The notes beneath the pieces are model-generated. The model was not told where the DNA came from, ran no database searches, and saw only the letters and a list, made by a program, of their open reading frames with translations. A program made the translations under genes and the position numbers. This document shows, one piece after another, positions 11,980 through 25,790 of a DNA stretch of 64,000 nt. Source of the DNA: Camelus ferus. Lineage: Eukaryota. Every line of letters starts with the position of its first letter. Positions within the stretch are counted from its first letter, which is position 1. The DNA lies in NCBI RefSeq assembly GCF_009834535.1, contig NC_045696.1:98520001-98584000 (forward strand), read 5' to 3'.

Positions 11980-13260
11980 TTTAGGAACTCTTCATCCCAA
12001 ATTGTAAATACAGCTTGCATATAGGGATAGATAATCATGTGACTGGAATAGATGAAAGATCCCAGGCATCGACTTGCTATTATCGGGAAATTGGTAAACC
12101 ACAAAGGTGGCATTACAAATCAGTGGGGAAAGGAAAACCTGTTCAATGATCAATTTGGGGCCAGTTTGATTATCTATATGGAAAAAAAAAATAAAAGAAG
12201 ATTCCTATATCACACCTAAGAAAAATAGAATTGACTAAAGGCTGAAATTTGAATAAAAGAACCTAAAATCTTTAAGAAAAATAAAGGAGACTTTTTGTGA
12301 CTTTAAAGGAGGTTAACGGTTTTTTAAAGAAGCTATGAAAGTAGAAATTTTAAGGGAGAAATAACAGGGTTTGACCAACAAACAAACAAACAAAAACAAA
12401 CACAGTGAGAAGACAAGTTAAGCCTAGGAGAAGATATTTTCAAATGCAATAGTTGACTGAGGATTGTTCTGCAGAATGAATAAAGCACTACTCTAAGTTA
12501 AAAAGAAAAAGATTTTTTAAAAAACCTCAAGAGACAGGAACGGCTAAATAATATGAACGGGTCACTCACAGAGGAAGAACCCTGAACTGTTAACAAAATA
12601 TCAAGAAGATCAAACTCTTTGAAAGATGCAAAGGAAAACAAAAATGATATGCTATCACTTATGATAACATAAATATGCTGTTATGTTAATTACAAAATTA
12701 GCTATTTACGGATACATGAATATATAGTAAAAGCATAAAAATATGGATAGAAAGAATACACTCCTGATGAAGGAAAAAGTTGGTAAAGAATTAAGCAGGG
12801 ACTAAAAGAACACATGAAGTGCTGACCGATAAAAGAACACTTCATCAACTTTGAAGTGGTGTTGCCCAAAAAAGATCAGACCTGAATCTGATTAAGCCTT
12901 AAGACTTACAGCAAATTTAGAAGGAAATATAGAGGATGGAGGAACATTCTAAACCTACCAGAGCTGTGTAATCAGTGAAATTCAAACTACAGGAAACTCT
13001 ACAGGTAACTAACAGTTTCTTCAACAACAACAAAAAAATATTGTAAGCCAAAAAGCTTTAAAAACACAGGGGAAAGTTGAAAGGAGACTTAGAAGTCTTA
13101 TCAAGCAGTGAATGTAAGGTGCCTCATTTGGATCCTGATTCAAACAAATGAATTAAAATTATATTTCTAAGACAATTGGGAATGCAAATACTGACTGGAT
13201 GTTCATGTTAGTTTAGATGTGATATTGGTAGTACAATCTATTTAGGATTATATAGTAAAT
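11980..13260 (+). mobile_element. Old L1 (L1MC/ME) ORF2 3' and 3' UTR fragments
   Basis: AAAGGTGGCATTACAAATCAGTGGGGAAAGG, GGAGAAGATATTTTCAAA, TTTGGATCCTGATTCAAACAAA. Confidence 0.7.
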
Positions 13261-13364
13261 AATTAAAGAAAGCAGTGGAGGGGCAAGCAGGCAGTCCCAG
13301 TTCTAATTTGACCACAAATGAAGATTAAGGAACAGTTGGCTCTGAACACATCTCCAGAGAAAAA

Positions 13365-14030
13365 GCTCATTCATTCATTTGTTCATTTAACAAATATATA
13401 GAGGAGCTGCCATATATCAGATATAATACTCTCAGGTACCGAAGATGTCAGGGAACTAAATAGAAGAATATCCCTGTCCTCATGGACTTTGCACTTTAGA
13501 AGGGGAAAAAATGGACAGAAGTCTAACCAACCTGCAAATAAACATGTCATTGGTAATAAGTTATAGAAAAGTAAAGCCGGCAAGGGGACCCTCAGGGAGG
13601 GCTATTTTATATTGTGTCAGGGAACGCCTCGCGAATAAGATGCTATTTAAAGAGAAGGAGCTGAAGGAAGCATAAACATGCCAATAGGTGGGGCTTGTCC
13701 CCTTTTAGGTAGAGGGGACGTGAGGGGAGGGTACAGCTGAGGAGATGGGGGAAACTGCAGAGGTCAGGTGAAGCTGGAGTGGGCAGGGCTGTGAGTAAGA
13801 GGTTGAGACCCCGGGGAGCCGGTCACATGGAGTCCCGCTGGTCAGAGGAAAACGTTACATTTTACTCGGAGTGAGGTAGGGATCTAATGGAGATTTTCAG
13901 TGGTGGCATAGACACTGTGACTTAAATTTATAAGGATTACTCTTTTGCTGTGTTGGGATCAGACTTTAAGGCAAGGGCAGAAGTGGAAAAACCGGTCAGC
14001 AGTCAGTTGATTACAACAATCCCATTAGGT
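13365..14030 (-). mobile_element. L2 LINE 3' portion
   Basis: (ATTC)n tail ATTCATTCATTTGTTCATTTAACAAATAT followed by a typical antisense L2 body. Confidence 0.85.
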
Positions 14031-14211
14031 GCGTATTTCACTTGCCTCACACTTTCATAACCAAAGTTCTGATTTTCTCTCCAGATCTTCAGCTCCTGGA
14101 GTCCTCCCATTTATTTTATTGGACCAAACCCCAAATCTCTCTTTCATACCCACACAGAATCCTTCAGATTTGGGATTGATTGTCCCTTCAAAATAAATTC
14201 AGAATGCAACA

Positions 14212-14470
14212 TGTTTTTTTTTAATTGTGCACTTAATTTAAATTCACCTAGAATGGTGCATTTTCTGTGGCATTATGTACACTCTTGTTGTTGTAAAACC
14301 ATCACCACCATCCATTTCCAGCTCAAACTTGGGACCTGTTAAACACTGACTCCTCATTTCCCAACCCCTGGCAAAGCTATTCTACTTTCTGTCTCTGTGA
14401 TATAATTTTACTACTCTAGGTACCTAATGTAAATGGAATCATACAAGAATTGTCCTTTGTGACTAATTTA
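14212..14470 (-). mobile_element. L1MB-type 3' end
   Basis: Poly-T, then CCCCTGGCAAAGCTATTCTACTTTCTGTCTCTG...GGTACCTAATGTAAATGGAATCATACA. Confidence 0.8.
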
Positions 14471-14659
14471 TCCACCAGAGCAGCTACCTTTTCTAATTCA
14501 AAGTCACTCTATGTGCTAGTGGTCACCTTTTATGGAATAGAAAATTGACTGAGTTTGCTGCAATCACATGAGAGTGTAGTGTGGGATAAGCTAGAGTGTC
14601 ATGTGTGTGTGGGAGGGTGACTGGAGAAGGAACAAGAATAAAGAAAAGGAAGCACCCAA

Positions 14660-14900
14660 CTGTGCTTCTTCTGTGACACTCATTGTACATATTTTAACTC
14701 ATTTAACTCTCAGAAAACCAAAAAAAACCTTGAGGTAAATACCATTATTATAATTCCTAATTTACAAGTGAAGAAATATGGGGGGAAATGTTTAGATGAT
14801 TTGCCCAAAGTCATTGTTCTTAAGTGGCAGGGTAGAGTTTAAACCCAGTCAGTCTCACTTCAGAGACTGAACTCACAATATCTAGGCTATCTAGCCTCTC
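14660..14900 (-). mobile_element. MIR SINE
   Basis: ATTTACAAGTGAAGAAAT...TTTGCCCAAAGTCA...TTTAAACCCAG. Confidence 0.75.
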
Positions 14901-14934
14901 AGTTGATGAATTCTAGAACAAGGGTATATTAGTG

Positions 14935-15420
14935 ACTCATTCATTATTCATTCACTCAAGCAATATTATTGAGCACCTATTATGGGTCAGACATTGTTCG
15001 AGGTGCTGAACACAGCATTAAATACAACCAATTCCGGCTTTCACAGATTATGTTCTAAAAGATGACTGGCAGTAAACAAATTAAGATATCAAGATACAAC
15101 CTGTTGGGTGGGATTAAATGTCATAAAGGAAAAGAAAGGAAGGGGCTGGAGGGTTGGCGGAGGGTCTGACTTACAGTGTTTGGGTGACATTTGAACAGAG
15201 ATGAATGAAGGGAGGGAGTGATTCCTATGGAGGTCTAGGAGAAGAATATTTAGGACAGAGCCAGCTGCATGTATGAAGACTGAAGTTGAAGGCCACAAGG
15301 AGTCAATTTAGCTGGATAGAGTGGGTGCCGGGGAGACCTGCAGGGGGTGAGTTCACAGAGAACTAAGTTAGGGAAGGAGGGGGCAGGTCAGGAGCAGGAC
15401 AAGTGGATGGCTGAGGACTT
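14935..15420 (-). mobile_element. L2 LINE 3' portion
   Basis: CTCATTCATTATTCATTCACTCAAGCAATATTATTGAGCACCTATTATG. Confidence 0.8.
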
Positions 15421-18400
15421 ACTGTATATTCTCCAATGTGTATTATTATATGTTACAGCGTATAATATATTACTGCATATTATCAATAGCAATGAGCCTG
15501 AGAAAAATTACTCTGATTGTTGTACATACTTTGGATTTAAGCAGAAGTATTTTGGAGGAGGTGAGTAAAGTATTCCAGGGTAAAATGATTGGAGTGTTAC
15601 CTAGGATAGTGATTGAAACGGAAAAAAGAAATAAACCCACTCCAATTTTCCTCCCCCAGATTTCTGTGTCCCCAGTGGAAGGCCATCTTTCAAGCTCCTG
15701 CAAAGTCATAATACTTCCTGCCTTAGACAGCCCTTCATTCCATGCTATTCCCCGTTCCTTCATTTTTTTCTGCTCACTTCCCACACCAAGCTGGGTATCA
15801 CCACTTATAGTGTTATATGGTACAAGACATCCTTATTCCTTCTCAGTTGCTCTCATCACAATTATAATTAATTATCTAATAATATCATTTTTTTCTCTTA
15901 CTAGACTGTGAGATCATTCAGGGGAGAGATTAGGTAATTCTTGTCACTCTTCAGGCCCCAAACTTATTACATGTATGAAACCTAAAAAAAAAGGTAGACT
16001 ATGATTTCTTCTTTATCTTTCCCAATACCTATGTAATTTTTAAGGGGGAAAGTTCCATTTGGGGTTCTAAATAACTATCAAAATTTAAAAATATTTTAAA
16101 AGCCAAATGCTTTATACTGTGCTTATTTAGTAAATTAAAGATAGTTCTACATGAAGCCTCAGCAATCATTTGATTGACTAAGTTTAGAGAGAATAGATTA
16201 TGTCATATTTTACAAAAATGTAAAGAATCTGTATACAATGACCCCCACATTACAAATCCTAAGTAGGTAGAAAAGCTAACAATTTAAAAATATGGTTTTT
16301 TTTCAAGAAAAACGAAGTCTATGCATTGAAGTATTGCTTTATTTTTAAGATTTCAATTGTGAAAAAGTTTCATGCTCCTTCAGTTAGTAACATCATCGAA
16401 TTCACTTGGCTGTGTTCTGTGTTTTAATAGTGCTTAGTGTATTACCAAATTATATATACCTCATCATGTTTGATTTCTTCAGTCTCAGTATTGAAAATGT
16501 TAAAAAAATTCTAATCACTTTTGTCAAAACAAATTCACAACATCTTTACTATTCTGCATGTGTGAGCTTAGTGGAAACATTCATTAATCTAGCACTTTAT
16601 GATTTTAATTTCCGGATGGAATGATTAGCATTTCTGAGCTTTTATATTCAAATCACAAAACTACAAAACTACAAAACTAAGCCCTTTTCAGAGTCACTGA
16701 AGTCAAATAATTTAGACCTAATATTTTGCTAAGTTAACCATTGTGCTGTCTATGTAACTCATTTAAAGTATTTATTCTGATACTATATTACTATTTTTAA
16801 GATTTTGCTTGTGATACAAACCAACTAATTTGGACTAATAGTATCAGTATGACACATCTTGCAGAGTTTGTTTCTTTTAATTTTTTATGTATATGACCTA
16901 GGTTTTTTTTTTTTTTTTAATTTTGTAAATTGATTATGTGAAAATACTGGACACTTCTGTGAAAACTGAACTGGAGTTCATTGCTGTGATCTTAATTCAG
17001 ATAATTATATTACTTCATTAGGTATTTTATTCTCTTCTTTCCAGAAAGTAGTTTGAGGAAACATGAAATCAGATACACTCTCATAAGCAAAAGAAATATG
17101 TAATATATTAAAAAGCATTAGGTGGAGAAAGCAATAAGGATGATCAGAATATATGAATAACCTCACTTTGTTCAGACATTGCATCCATGGAAATGTGAGC
17201 AGTTACTGATCTGTCCTTTATGGGTTCTGATAGCAAAGTCCTCCTGGGGATTATTTTCCACTAACATTGTGAAGTCACAATTTACTTTGGTCAGTCCTTA
17301 CTGGCTGCGATGATACTTCTGGTGCTCATCACAGGGACGCCTAGTAGTATCTCTTGTGCACTTGAAGTCATCCACAGTTCTTTGTTGCAGTCCCCCTCCC
17401 CTTGTCATCATAGATAATTTCTCTTTCAAGATTATTATTCATAGAAAAGATTGTCCCATTTGGGTTTGTGGTGATTATTACATACGTGCAGCAAGTGTAG
17501 TAATTAACCATGTAGGTCTCCTTGAGATGCTTTGTAAATGTACGTAGGGGCACACAGTACTGAGCGATCACTGAAGTCACAGAATTAACTTCTGAGAATT
17601 TTCGTAAGGAATCTCAGGTTGGACTTTTTGAAAACCTCTGTTTTAAGTATTGCAAGGATATTAAACCGAACCTCCAAAAAACTTTCTCCACTAAATTTCA
17701 CCTACTTCATATAAGAATTTGGGGGCAATTTCTCTTTTACTGAGGTTCTCCAAGTTTTCTAAGGCTCCTAGCTTGACAGGAGTTGTCCTTCCTTACTACT
17801 TCCAAGACTAGAAACCTGTTCGTCAGGTACCTTGCCAGTATTCCTGAAAGGACAGTGTCTTGCCCTAACTGACTAAATGAGACTCAGTCTCAAATATGCC
17901 ACTGAAGGTAAGGTCTTGGTTATAGAATCAATTTGTGCACAAATATGCTAGTAAAGAGGAAGACAGATTCCACTTTAACTTATGCAGATGACTCTTGCTG
18001 TAAAAAGAAAGGATACCGAGTAAGAGTTTCTGAATTCTGGGAGTTCACTGAAAAGAAGATATTACTTTAAAGCGTTTATTTTAATTTACAAAAGCAGTCT
18101 ATATACTTGAGTTAGAGATAGTTTAAGAAGAGAAAAGATTTCTTCTTACACTCATTTAAAAAAAGCACTGAAACAGTATCAACAATATTCTAAACAAACA
18201 ACTATGACAAAACATTTCTAATCAGTTCAGTGGGTGCTACTTAATTAATTCTTATCTGCTGGACTTGGTTTCACGAAGCCTTTTACCTCTGGACTAAAAA
18301 CTGTCCTGGAAATATGGACTCAGTCCAGTGGTATGGCCTCAGCAACGTCAGCTCAGGAACTTCTTGTACCCACGATTCTATTCTTTGAAATGTCACTTGT

Positions 18401-19149
18401 TTAGAGTATCTTGTACTGTCCTTTTCAGGAGGCTCTCAGACTGCCATTTTTGAAGACATAAACCTAAGTCTGTGATTTATAGCAGAACCTTTAGGCACAC
18501 ATTTAAGAATATCAAAAACTATCTATAGATGATAAGCACTTAATGACTGCGGTTCCTTTATAACTGCAACTAGTAATAGAATGGAGGAGAGTAATAGTCT
18601 CTAATTGAGTATAGTAACTGTCTCTTTCGTAAAGGTTTTGATTAGTCTTTCTCCTGAGGGTAGAAACGCAATGTTCAGAAAGAGCACCAAGAAAGCTCCT
18701 GGGCTCTCTCACAAAAGCAGACAAATTTAACGTAAGGAAGGCTGAGTGCCTCGCCTGGTTTAACAAGTTCTTCCCATGTAGCTCTTACATTGTGGATCTA
18801 ATTAAGAAGTAAGTCCTAAATATAGGTTTGATGTTGAGAAAGCAAGTGAAAGTTATCATAGGGACTGTGAGCATTTGATTAAGAGAGAGAGGATCCTGAG
18901 TGCTGGAAAAACAACGCTTGGTTATCAGTTTAATCAAAGTGACAATACAACGTCTAAAAATCAACATAGAAGGAGCGAATACTATTGTAAAGAATCTTAG
19001 CTCTTTCGGCAAGAAGGAAACTTTCTTTCTTGTTCATTGTCAAGGTTATAGTAAAGGTAATATAAAATACAGAAAATGTTTCTTGGGAGACACAATGTCT
19101 ACCTTCTATGTAGATTACATAGACGGGAAAGAATTTTTCACATTTTAGA

Positions 19150-19370
19150 TAAGGGTTGTCAACCTTTTTCTACAAATAGCAAGATAGTAAATATTTCAGG
19201 ATTTGCAGGCCATACAGTCTCTGAGGCAACTACTCAACTCTGCTATAGCATGAAAGCAAACCACAGACAATATGTAAATGAATGGGTTTGACTGTGTTCT
19301 AATAAAACTTTATTTACAAAAACAAGTGACAGGCCAGTTATAGCCTATGGAACATACTTTGCTGACCCTC
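19150..19370 (+). mobile_element. MER58A hAT-Charlie MITE
   Basis: TIRs TAAGGGTTGTCAACCT ... ACTTTGCTGACCCTC; 8-bp TSD ATTTTAGA (19142-19149) / ATTTTAGG (19371-19378). Confidence 0.9.
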
Positions 19371-20453
19371 ATTTTAGGTGAATGATTTAATCAGAAAACC
19401 AAGGAGGCAAGCTCATCAAAACAGAGTGTGAATTTATAATTTCATAGCTTCTTTTCAGACTCAGGCATTATAAATCAAGGTAAATAAATTCATGCCTCAG
19501 TGATATAAACTTGCTGTAGAATATAAAAATAAGAAGCAGAAGTATACAAAAATAAATTATTCTTTAGTCATTGTTTTAGTATTTCATCTCATTTAGAAAA
19601 TATCTGCATGTCTAAGAATTACCTAATAATTTGCTCAATTTAACATTAATCCAATGTTCTAGAAGTTATATTTAAACTGACATTATAAATTACTAGTGCT
19701 AGTGCTAAAAAAATTTCATTAGCATAATTTAAACACAAACATTTTTCATAATCTTAATATTACATAAGAATGTTGTCAGAATATTTGATCTGTAAACCTC
19801 TATGAGTTTAGGATTTTCAGATTAACATTTTCTATGTGATAAAAATCCAAGTAAAACGAAAGGTATGCTTGTGTAATACTTAATTAACACTGATGAAGCA
19901 GGGAAAAGACTAACTATTTATTTTAAATTGAAAACTTTAGTCTCATTTCCAAAATGTTTTTGTGCTAGCAATTTCTGTAAGAAGGATTTTTTAAAAAATC
20001 TATTTCATTTAAAATATTAACAGGTTAATTCTTATTTTCTGGGAATTTTAGAAATATTTTACTTAGAGAAGTGCTTATTTATCTCTAGAAACCCATCCCA
20101 ACAGGATTCTTTTTAATTTGAGACAAATAATATAATTCATTGAAAGCTTCCAGAAGAAGGAGAACAAAATGCGAAAGCATTGCTGAAATGTAGACAAAGA
20201 GACTTAATAGACAGACACCCAGAGAACACAGAGCATCAGCTCCTCAACTCCAGGCACAGGTCAAAGTAAGCACAAACCTAAGTACTCATTGCTTCACACA
20301 ATCAAAAAGTGTTCTTCCCAATGAGTACAAAGTTTAAAATCAATCTGAACTCAAAATAGACAATTAATAAGACTAATAAGCCAGATTTTCTTTTTTCTCG
20401 TCTAACAGAATGGGTATCTAGCATTGTTCAACAGTAATCACCCCATGACTAGA

Positions 20454-20779
20454 TAACCGTGGCAAACCACAATCTGTGGGCCAGATCAGCCCACTGCATA
20501 TTTTTGAATGACTCACAAAGAACAGACTTTACATTTTCTCAAATGGTAAAAAAATGAAAATAATATTTTCTGACACATGAAAATTATAAGAAATTAAAAT
20601 TTTTGTGCCTATTCATAAAGTTTTTTTGGACCCAGCTGTGCCTATTCATTGACATTATGTCTATGGTTACTTTTACATCACAGTGGCATAGTTGAGTAGT
20701 TGCAACAAAGACTATATGACTCTCAAAACCTAAAATATTTAGCATCTGGCCTTTTACAAAAGTTATCTGCCCACCTTTG
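20454..20779 (-). mobile_element. MER58B hAT-Charlie MITE
   Basis: GGCAAACCACAATCTGTGGGCCAGATC...AGTTGAGTAGTTGCAACAAAGAC...CCTAAAATATTTAGCATCTGGCC; antisense homologue of the 19150 copy. Confidence 0.85.
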
Positions 20780-21169
20780 TGTAAGACTGTAGAATAAATT
20801 CCCAATCATTGCTGCCACCAGCGGGAAATAACTTATCAGTTAGGTGCAGATCAGAAACATGATCAAGACAAATTCAATGCAAGAGGAAAAAAATCTACAG
20901 AAAATAATAAAGCGTTAAAACTTCTGTTGCACTTGGGATTCACTCTGAGTCAAGAAACATATTCTCTGACCTAAGCAGCTGGTTGAAGCTCACTTTTCTG
21001 GTAATGTAGTTTATCTCCCTCTGTTAGGTGAATCCATTGGGCATCTCTCTGGATGACCTCCAAACCTTTGAGGATAACTTTCAAAGGATAAAATGAATAT
21101 AAATGTATTTCAAAAATTTGTTTGAACTCTGCCAGTAAGATGCAAAAACCAGAGCTCTCCACAGGATCA

Positions 21170-22225
21170 TTTTACATTAATGCTCCATGAAATTGATCTG
21201 CAGCTCTCTTTTTTGAGAAATCATTATCTGATTTAGATATCAGTGTAGTATTTGGTTCACAAAAATCCAGAAGTTTTCCTTTGTGCTCTGAAACGGTTTA
21301 AGATTAGTACTTTAGTATTAGCTAGTCTTTAAAGGTTTTGTAGAATTGCTCATGAAATCACCTGGACCTCATGCCTTTATGTATATAGTGCTTTAATAAC
21401 TATTTCTAGTTCTTCTGTGGAAATTAGTCTGTTTAAGCTTTCTATTTCTACTGTGATCAGTTTTGTTAAATTGCATTTCATGGAAAATTACCCATTTCAT
21501 TTTGAGTTTCAAATGTATCTGCGTTGAATTATGGAAATTAGTCCTACATACTCACCTACTCATGTATGTGTATATGCATGTACATATACAGGTATATATA
21601 TATACCCATATACATACACGTTATGTGTGTGTGTGTATATGTATGTGTACATGTATATACATACTTGTTCTGTTTCAATGGTTATTTCCCACTTATTACT
21701 TCTTATTTCGTGTATTTCTGCTTGCTCTCATCTTTTAAAAAGTAGCTTAGCTAATGGCTTGTTTATTTTGTTGAATATTAAAAAAAACATTATTATTATT
21801 TCTACTATTTTTCTAATTTCTTCCTCATGAATTTCTGTTTTTATCTTTATAATACTCCCCCTTGTGCTTTCTTCTCCTTAATTTTGTGTTCTTTTTTAAA
21901 CTTTTGAGTTTGAAAATATTATTATATCATTTTTGTTGATGCACTTTTGAAAGGTTGTGGATTTTCTTCTAATCATTGATTTTTGCTTAATATTTTCATT
22001 ATAAGTGTGTTCTAGAAATTATGCAATTTCAGGTTTTTCTCCCCTTTTATCCACGAGTTGTTTCATGGAGAATTTTCTTCTAAATTCCAGGTGGAAAAGA
22101 CTTTTTGGTGTTTTGTTTTTGCTTTTGTTTTTTTTGATTTGGGGTATTTTGTTTATTTTGTTTTAATTTCTATTTTATTACATTGTCATCAGAGAACGTT
22201 ATCTATTTTTATTTCTGTTTTATGG
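21170..22225 (-). mobile_element. Old L1 ORF2 fragment
   Basis: GTAGAATTGCTCATGAAATCACCTGGACC corresponds to antisense PGPDGF; T-rich. Confidence 0.75.
21563..21663. repeat. Degenerate (TA/CA/TG)n microsatellite
   Basis: Seen directly. Confidence 0.85.
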
Positions 22226-22380
22226 AGACCTCAGAAATTATGGAGCAGAGAGTGCAAAACAAGCCTGGTATGCCATATCTGAGTCTCTGGTTTACAGAAT
22301 CCGTGAACATAATAAAATTGTTGCTTTATACCATTAAGTTTTGGAGTGGTCTGTCACTCTGTAAGAGATAACTGGAACAT
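22225..22380 (+). mobile_element. MLT1 LTR 3' fragment
   Basis: ACAGAATCCGTGAACATAATAAAATTGTTGCTTTATACCATTAAGTTTTGGAGTGG...AGATAACTGGAACA. Confidence 0.8.
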
Positions 22381-23759
22381 GGTAGAGAAAATTTACTTTA
22401 TGATTTAAAAAAAAAAAAAAAAAGAAACTCAGCATTGGATGTCACACAATGGGTCATAAAATCCAATCAGCCTTCTGATGTTTGAATCCCTTCTAAACAA
22501 AATTGCACTAATTATCATCCAGGTCCTATTTAGATATCTCCAGTAACTGAGAATTTACTGATTATAAAAGCTTCTATAATTAGCCAAAATTATTTTTTCT
22601 TGCTGGCTTTAGCTGGTAGGACATGACAAAAAAGAAAAAAAAGGGGGGGAGGGGAGAGACTGAGAGCTCACCCATTGGTACAGACTAGAACCAGCACGGT
22701 TTTTCCAGAAGAGATAGAGTGTGTAATTGTTTCTATTCAATTTTACCAATACTTAATAGAGACAGAGTAGGTTATGACAGCTTTTATAATTTTTGCTTTT
22801 AACTTCTGTTCTCTATATGACAAAGAAAATGTAAAAATGATACTTTGTTCAGTATTCAATTTATCAGATATCTGTCAGTCAAACACGACTGGTCAGACCT
22901 GACTGATTTTTTTTCACCATTATGGAAGTATTTCTTTGATCAACAAGACAGAAATATTAGTACTCATATGATGACTTTTCTTTTGCCTTTAATAATGTAC
23001 AAAAGTGTCATCTGCCTTTGTTTTATGTGCCCGTGGCTGGCTACTGACCTCAATATCCTGAATATGAAATTTGTGGGCCACAGCTGTACCTCTATGGAGT
23101 TTATCATTTATTCAGTGTGTTGCTGTCCTTCTCTTTACCATCTGACCTCAGGATAAGAAACTGTTTTCAAACGTCCATCATTTAAAAATCTTGTTTGGGG
23201 CTATGTTGTGGGCTGTTATAGCTTCCAATATCCTGAAGGCTTTGGGCTCAGTCCCTGATTTCAGCTCTCCATCTCTACATCATTTATAGCAATCATTAGA
23301 ATGCACCACCAAAGACTTTTTGAACTTAAAGCCTTTGGTATCACCCTCAAATTCTCCTAGAATTGACCCAAATGTAGTGATTGACTTAGATCTGATCCTG
23401 TGAACAAAGATGACCCATTGTTAGACCAGAATTCTTTTTTTTTCTCCTTTTTCAGTTTTATTAGGTAGAATTATTACAGTTCAGCTGCACATACACATTA
23501 TATTGCATGTAAATACATATATACAGTATACTGCACATTTTTTTAAGTTTACACATATGTACTAGTTATTGTTTCTAAGAAGAGGTTTGATCTTTAGTCT
23601 TTTAAACTTACATAGAATTCTTGATGCTATCTTGGACCAGAGACTTCTATGAATCTCTATTCTCTCAGGACTGACAAAACTAAAATGACATCCCTAGTTT
23701 GGAAGCATTCAACTTATATCATCTGATGCTGATAAAGAAATTTTGAAGAATATATATTT

Positions 23760-24380
23760 TTAAAATGTAATGCTTAATACTATCATTACTTAATATGTTG
23801 GAAATTTTGACAGTATAGAAAGAAAGGAAGCAGGAAGAAAGATTTAATCATTGGAAAGGTGAAAAAAGTTATTTATAAATTGTCTAGAAAATCCAAAAGA
23901 AACAATTGAAAACTCCTAATGTAAAAGAATTTAATTTTAAAACTCCTTTTTCTTTTTTAAACTTAAAAAAAATACTATTCAAAGCCAATAGGTAAATGCA
24001 GGCAAAACTAAGTTTCCATTTATAACAATACTTTAAATAATATTTAGCAAAAGAGCTTGTAATTACTTTTTTGTGCAGGACTTATGTGACTACAACTGTA
24101 GAAGTTTACTGAGAGAGAATTATTGGAGAATTTTAAATGATGTGGGAAAATGCACATTACATAATGTTGGCTGGGAAATCGGCATGTACAGTAGGATCCT
24201 AATTATGTTTGCATTATGTCCATGGATAGGAATATGACCAAAAGAGAACATGTAAGAATTTGATACTGCTTTTCTCTGAGTTTTAAGTCATTACTATTTT
24301 TCTCTCAAAGATTTCTACATTTTCAATTTTTTTTTTACCATGAACACATATTTTATAATTTGAATACAGGTTTTAAATCT
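23760..24380 (+). mobile_element. Old L1 (L1ME-like) fragments
   Basis: TCTAGAAAATCCAAAAGAAACAATTGAAAACTCCTA translates to an LENPKE..KLL-like ORF2 motif. Confidence 0.6.
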
Positions 24381-25049
24381 TTAAAAAATAACCTCTTCAA
24401 TTCTACTGAAATGTATGTACATTTCACAATTTGAAAAAATTGATTAAAAGTGAATAAAGTAGTGACAAGCTTCTAAATACTCAGTGATGCTTCACAGACT
24501 CATAGGATTTTTAAGAACTAGAAATGACTGCTCCCTTTACCCTAGTCCTGCATTATTTTGAAGCAAATCCCAGGCATCATATCATTTCAACCTCAACTAT
24601 TTCAAGACATATTTCTAAAGTATAAGAAATCTTTTTTGAAACAAAATCACAGTGCCATTATTATAGCTGAAAATGTGACAAAATTTCTTAATACCAAATA
24701 TCTAATTAATATCCAAATTCACTAATTGTCTCATAATTTTTCTTACATTGTTTGAGTCAGAATTCAAATAAGGTACACACATTTCAATTTGATAGGTTTC
24801 TTCAGTCACTTTTAATCTATAGGCTTATAGATTTTTTGGACTTGAAATTTATTTGTTAGACAAACTGGACCTTTTAACCTTTAGACTTTCTCATGATCTG
24901 GACTATTGGATTTTGCTCATTAAATTCTTGTGTGTGTCATGTAATATATTACCTGTGTGTCCTATAAATTTCTAGTTAGAGCTAGAGGATTTATCAGATT
25001 CACATTGGTTTTCGTTTTTTCTTTATCTTTTTTTGAAGTTGGTGACAAT

Positions 25050-25790
25050 TTGGGACTATTTTAAAATGTGTTAAATTTTTTGACACTCCCATTAGTAAGA
25101 GGTGAGATATTTATTCTTTCCCCTTGAATCTCAATGTATTCTAGTGACTTTCTTGTAACCAATAGAACACAGTGGAAACAATGCTATGAGACTTTTGAAG
25201 CTTGGTCAGAAACTGTCAGTTTGGAACCAACAGCTTCCAGTTGGCTTGTTTTGAATGCTCTCTCTAGGGCAATGATTCCCTACCAGAGATGATGTAACAC
25301 CCCCTCCTCCTTCCCAGGGAATCACTGAATGAATGGAGATATTTTTGGTTGTCAAAACTGAGAAGGTGGTACTACTGCCATCTAGTGGGTAGAGGACAGA
25401 GATGCTGCTCAACATCCAACAATGCACTGGACAGCCCCCGCAACAAAGAACCATCCAGCCCAAGATGTCAAAAATGTCAAGGCTGAGAAATCCTGCTCTA
25501 AGGGAAGTCAGCTGCCAAATAACAAGTCTGATTACTCTGACAGTGCCATGCTGGAGAACTCACTTGTTGATACTTAAGTCAAGTCCCAAGAGAGTTCTCA
25601 GCTATATGAGTGAAATATCTTGGATATTTCGTCTGGTTGAATTTTCAGATCACTGTAGCCTCAGCCAAGTGAGAAATGCTCAGCCAGGTCCTTCCCGAAT
25701 TCCTGACTTACAAAATTTTGAGCAGAATAAAAGGTTAGTTTAATCCACTTAAGATTGGGTAATTTGTTAAACAGCAGTAGTAACAGAAAC
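25050..25790 (+). mobile_element. MLT1 (F/G-like) solo LTR containing MER20
   Basis: TTTGACACTCCCATT...CCCTTGAATCT...ACCAATAGAA; 3' end AATAAAAGG...TGTTAAACAGCAGTAGTAACAGAAAC. Confidence 0.8.
25270..25495 (+). mobile_element. MER20 hAT-Charlie MITE
   Basis: CTACTGCCATCTAGTGGGTAGAGG...GATGCTGCTCAACATCC; 8-bp TSD CTCTAGGG / CTCTAAGG. Confidence 0.9.

Larger units (their letters stand above)
16950..21170 (-). mobile_element. Degenerate ERV1 (MER4/MER34-group-like) internal region; no LTRs recognised
   Basis: Segments such as GGCTCTCAGACTGCCATTTTTGAAGAC...TCTGTGATTTATAGCAGAACCTTTAGG resemble antisense MER4-group internal sequence from recall; no intact ORF. Confidence 0.55.

Noticed and set aside
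15438..15911. 157-aa ORF
   Set aside because: It overlaps decayed L2 sequence, has no protein similarity I recognise, and lacks splice context.
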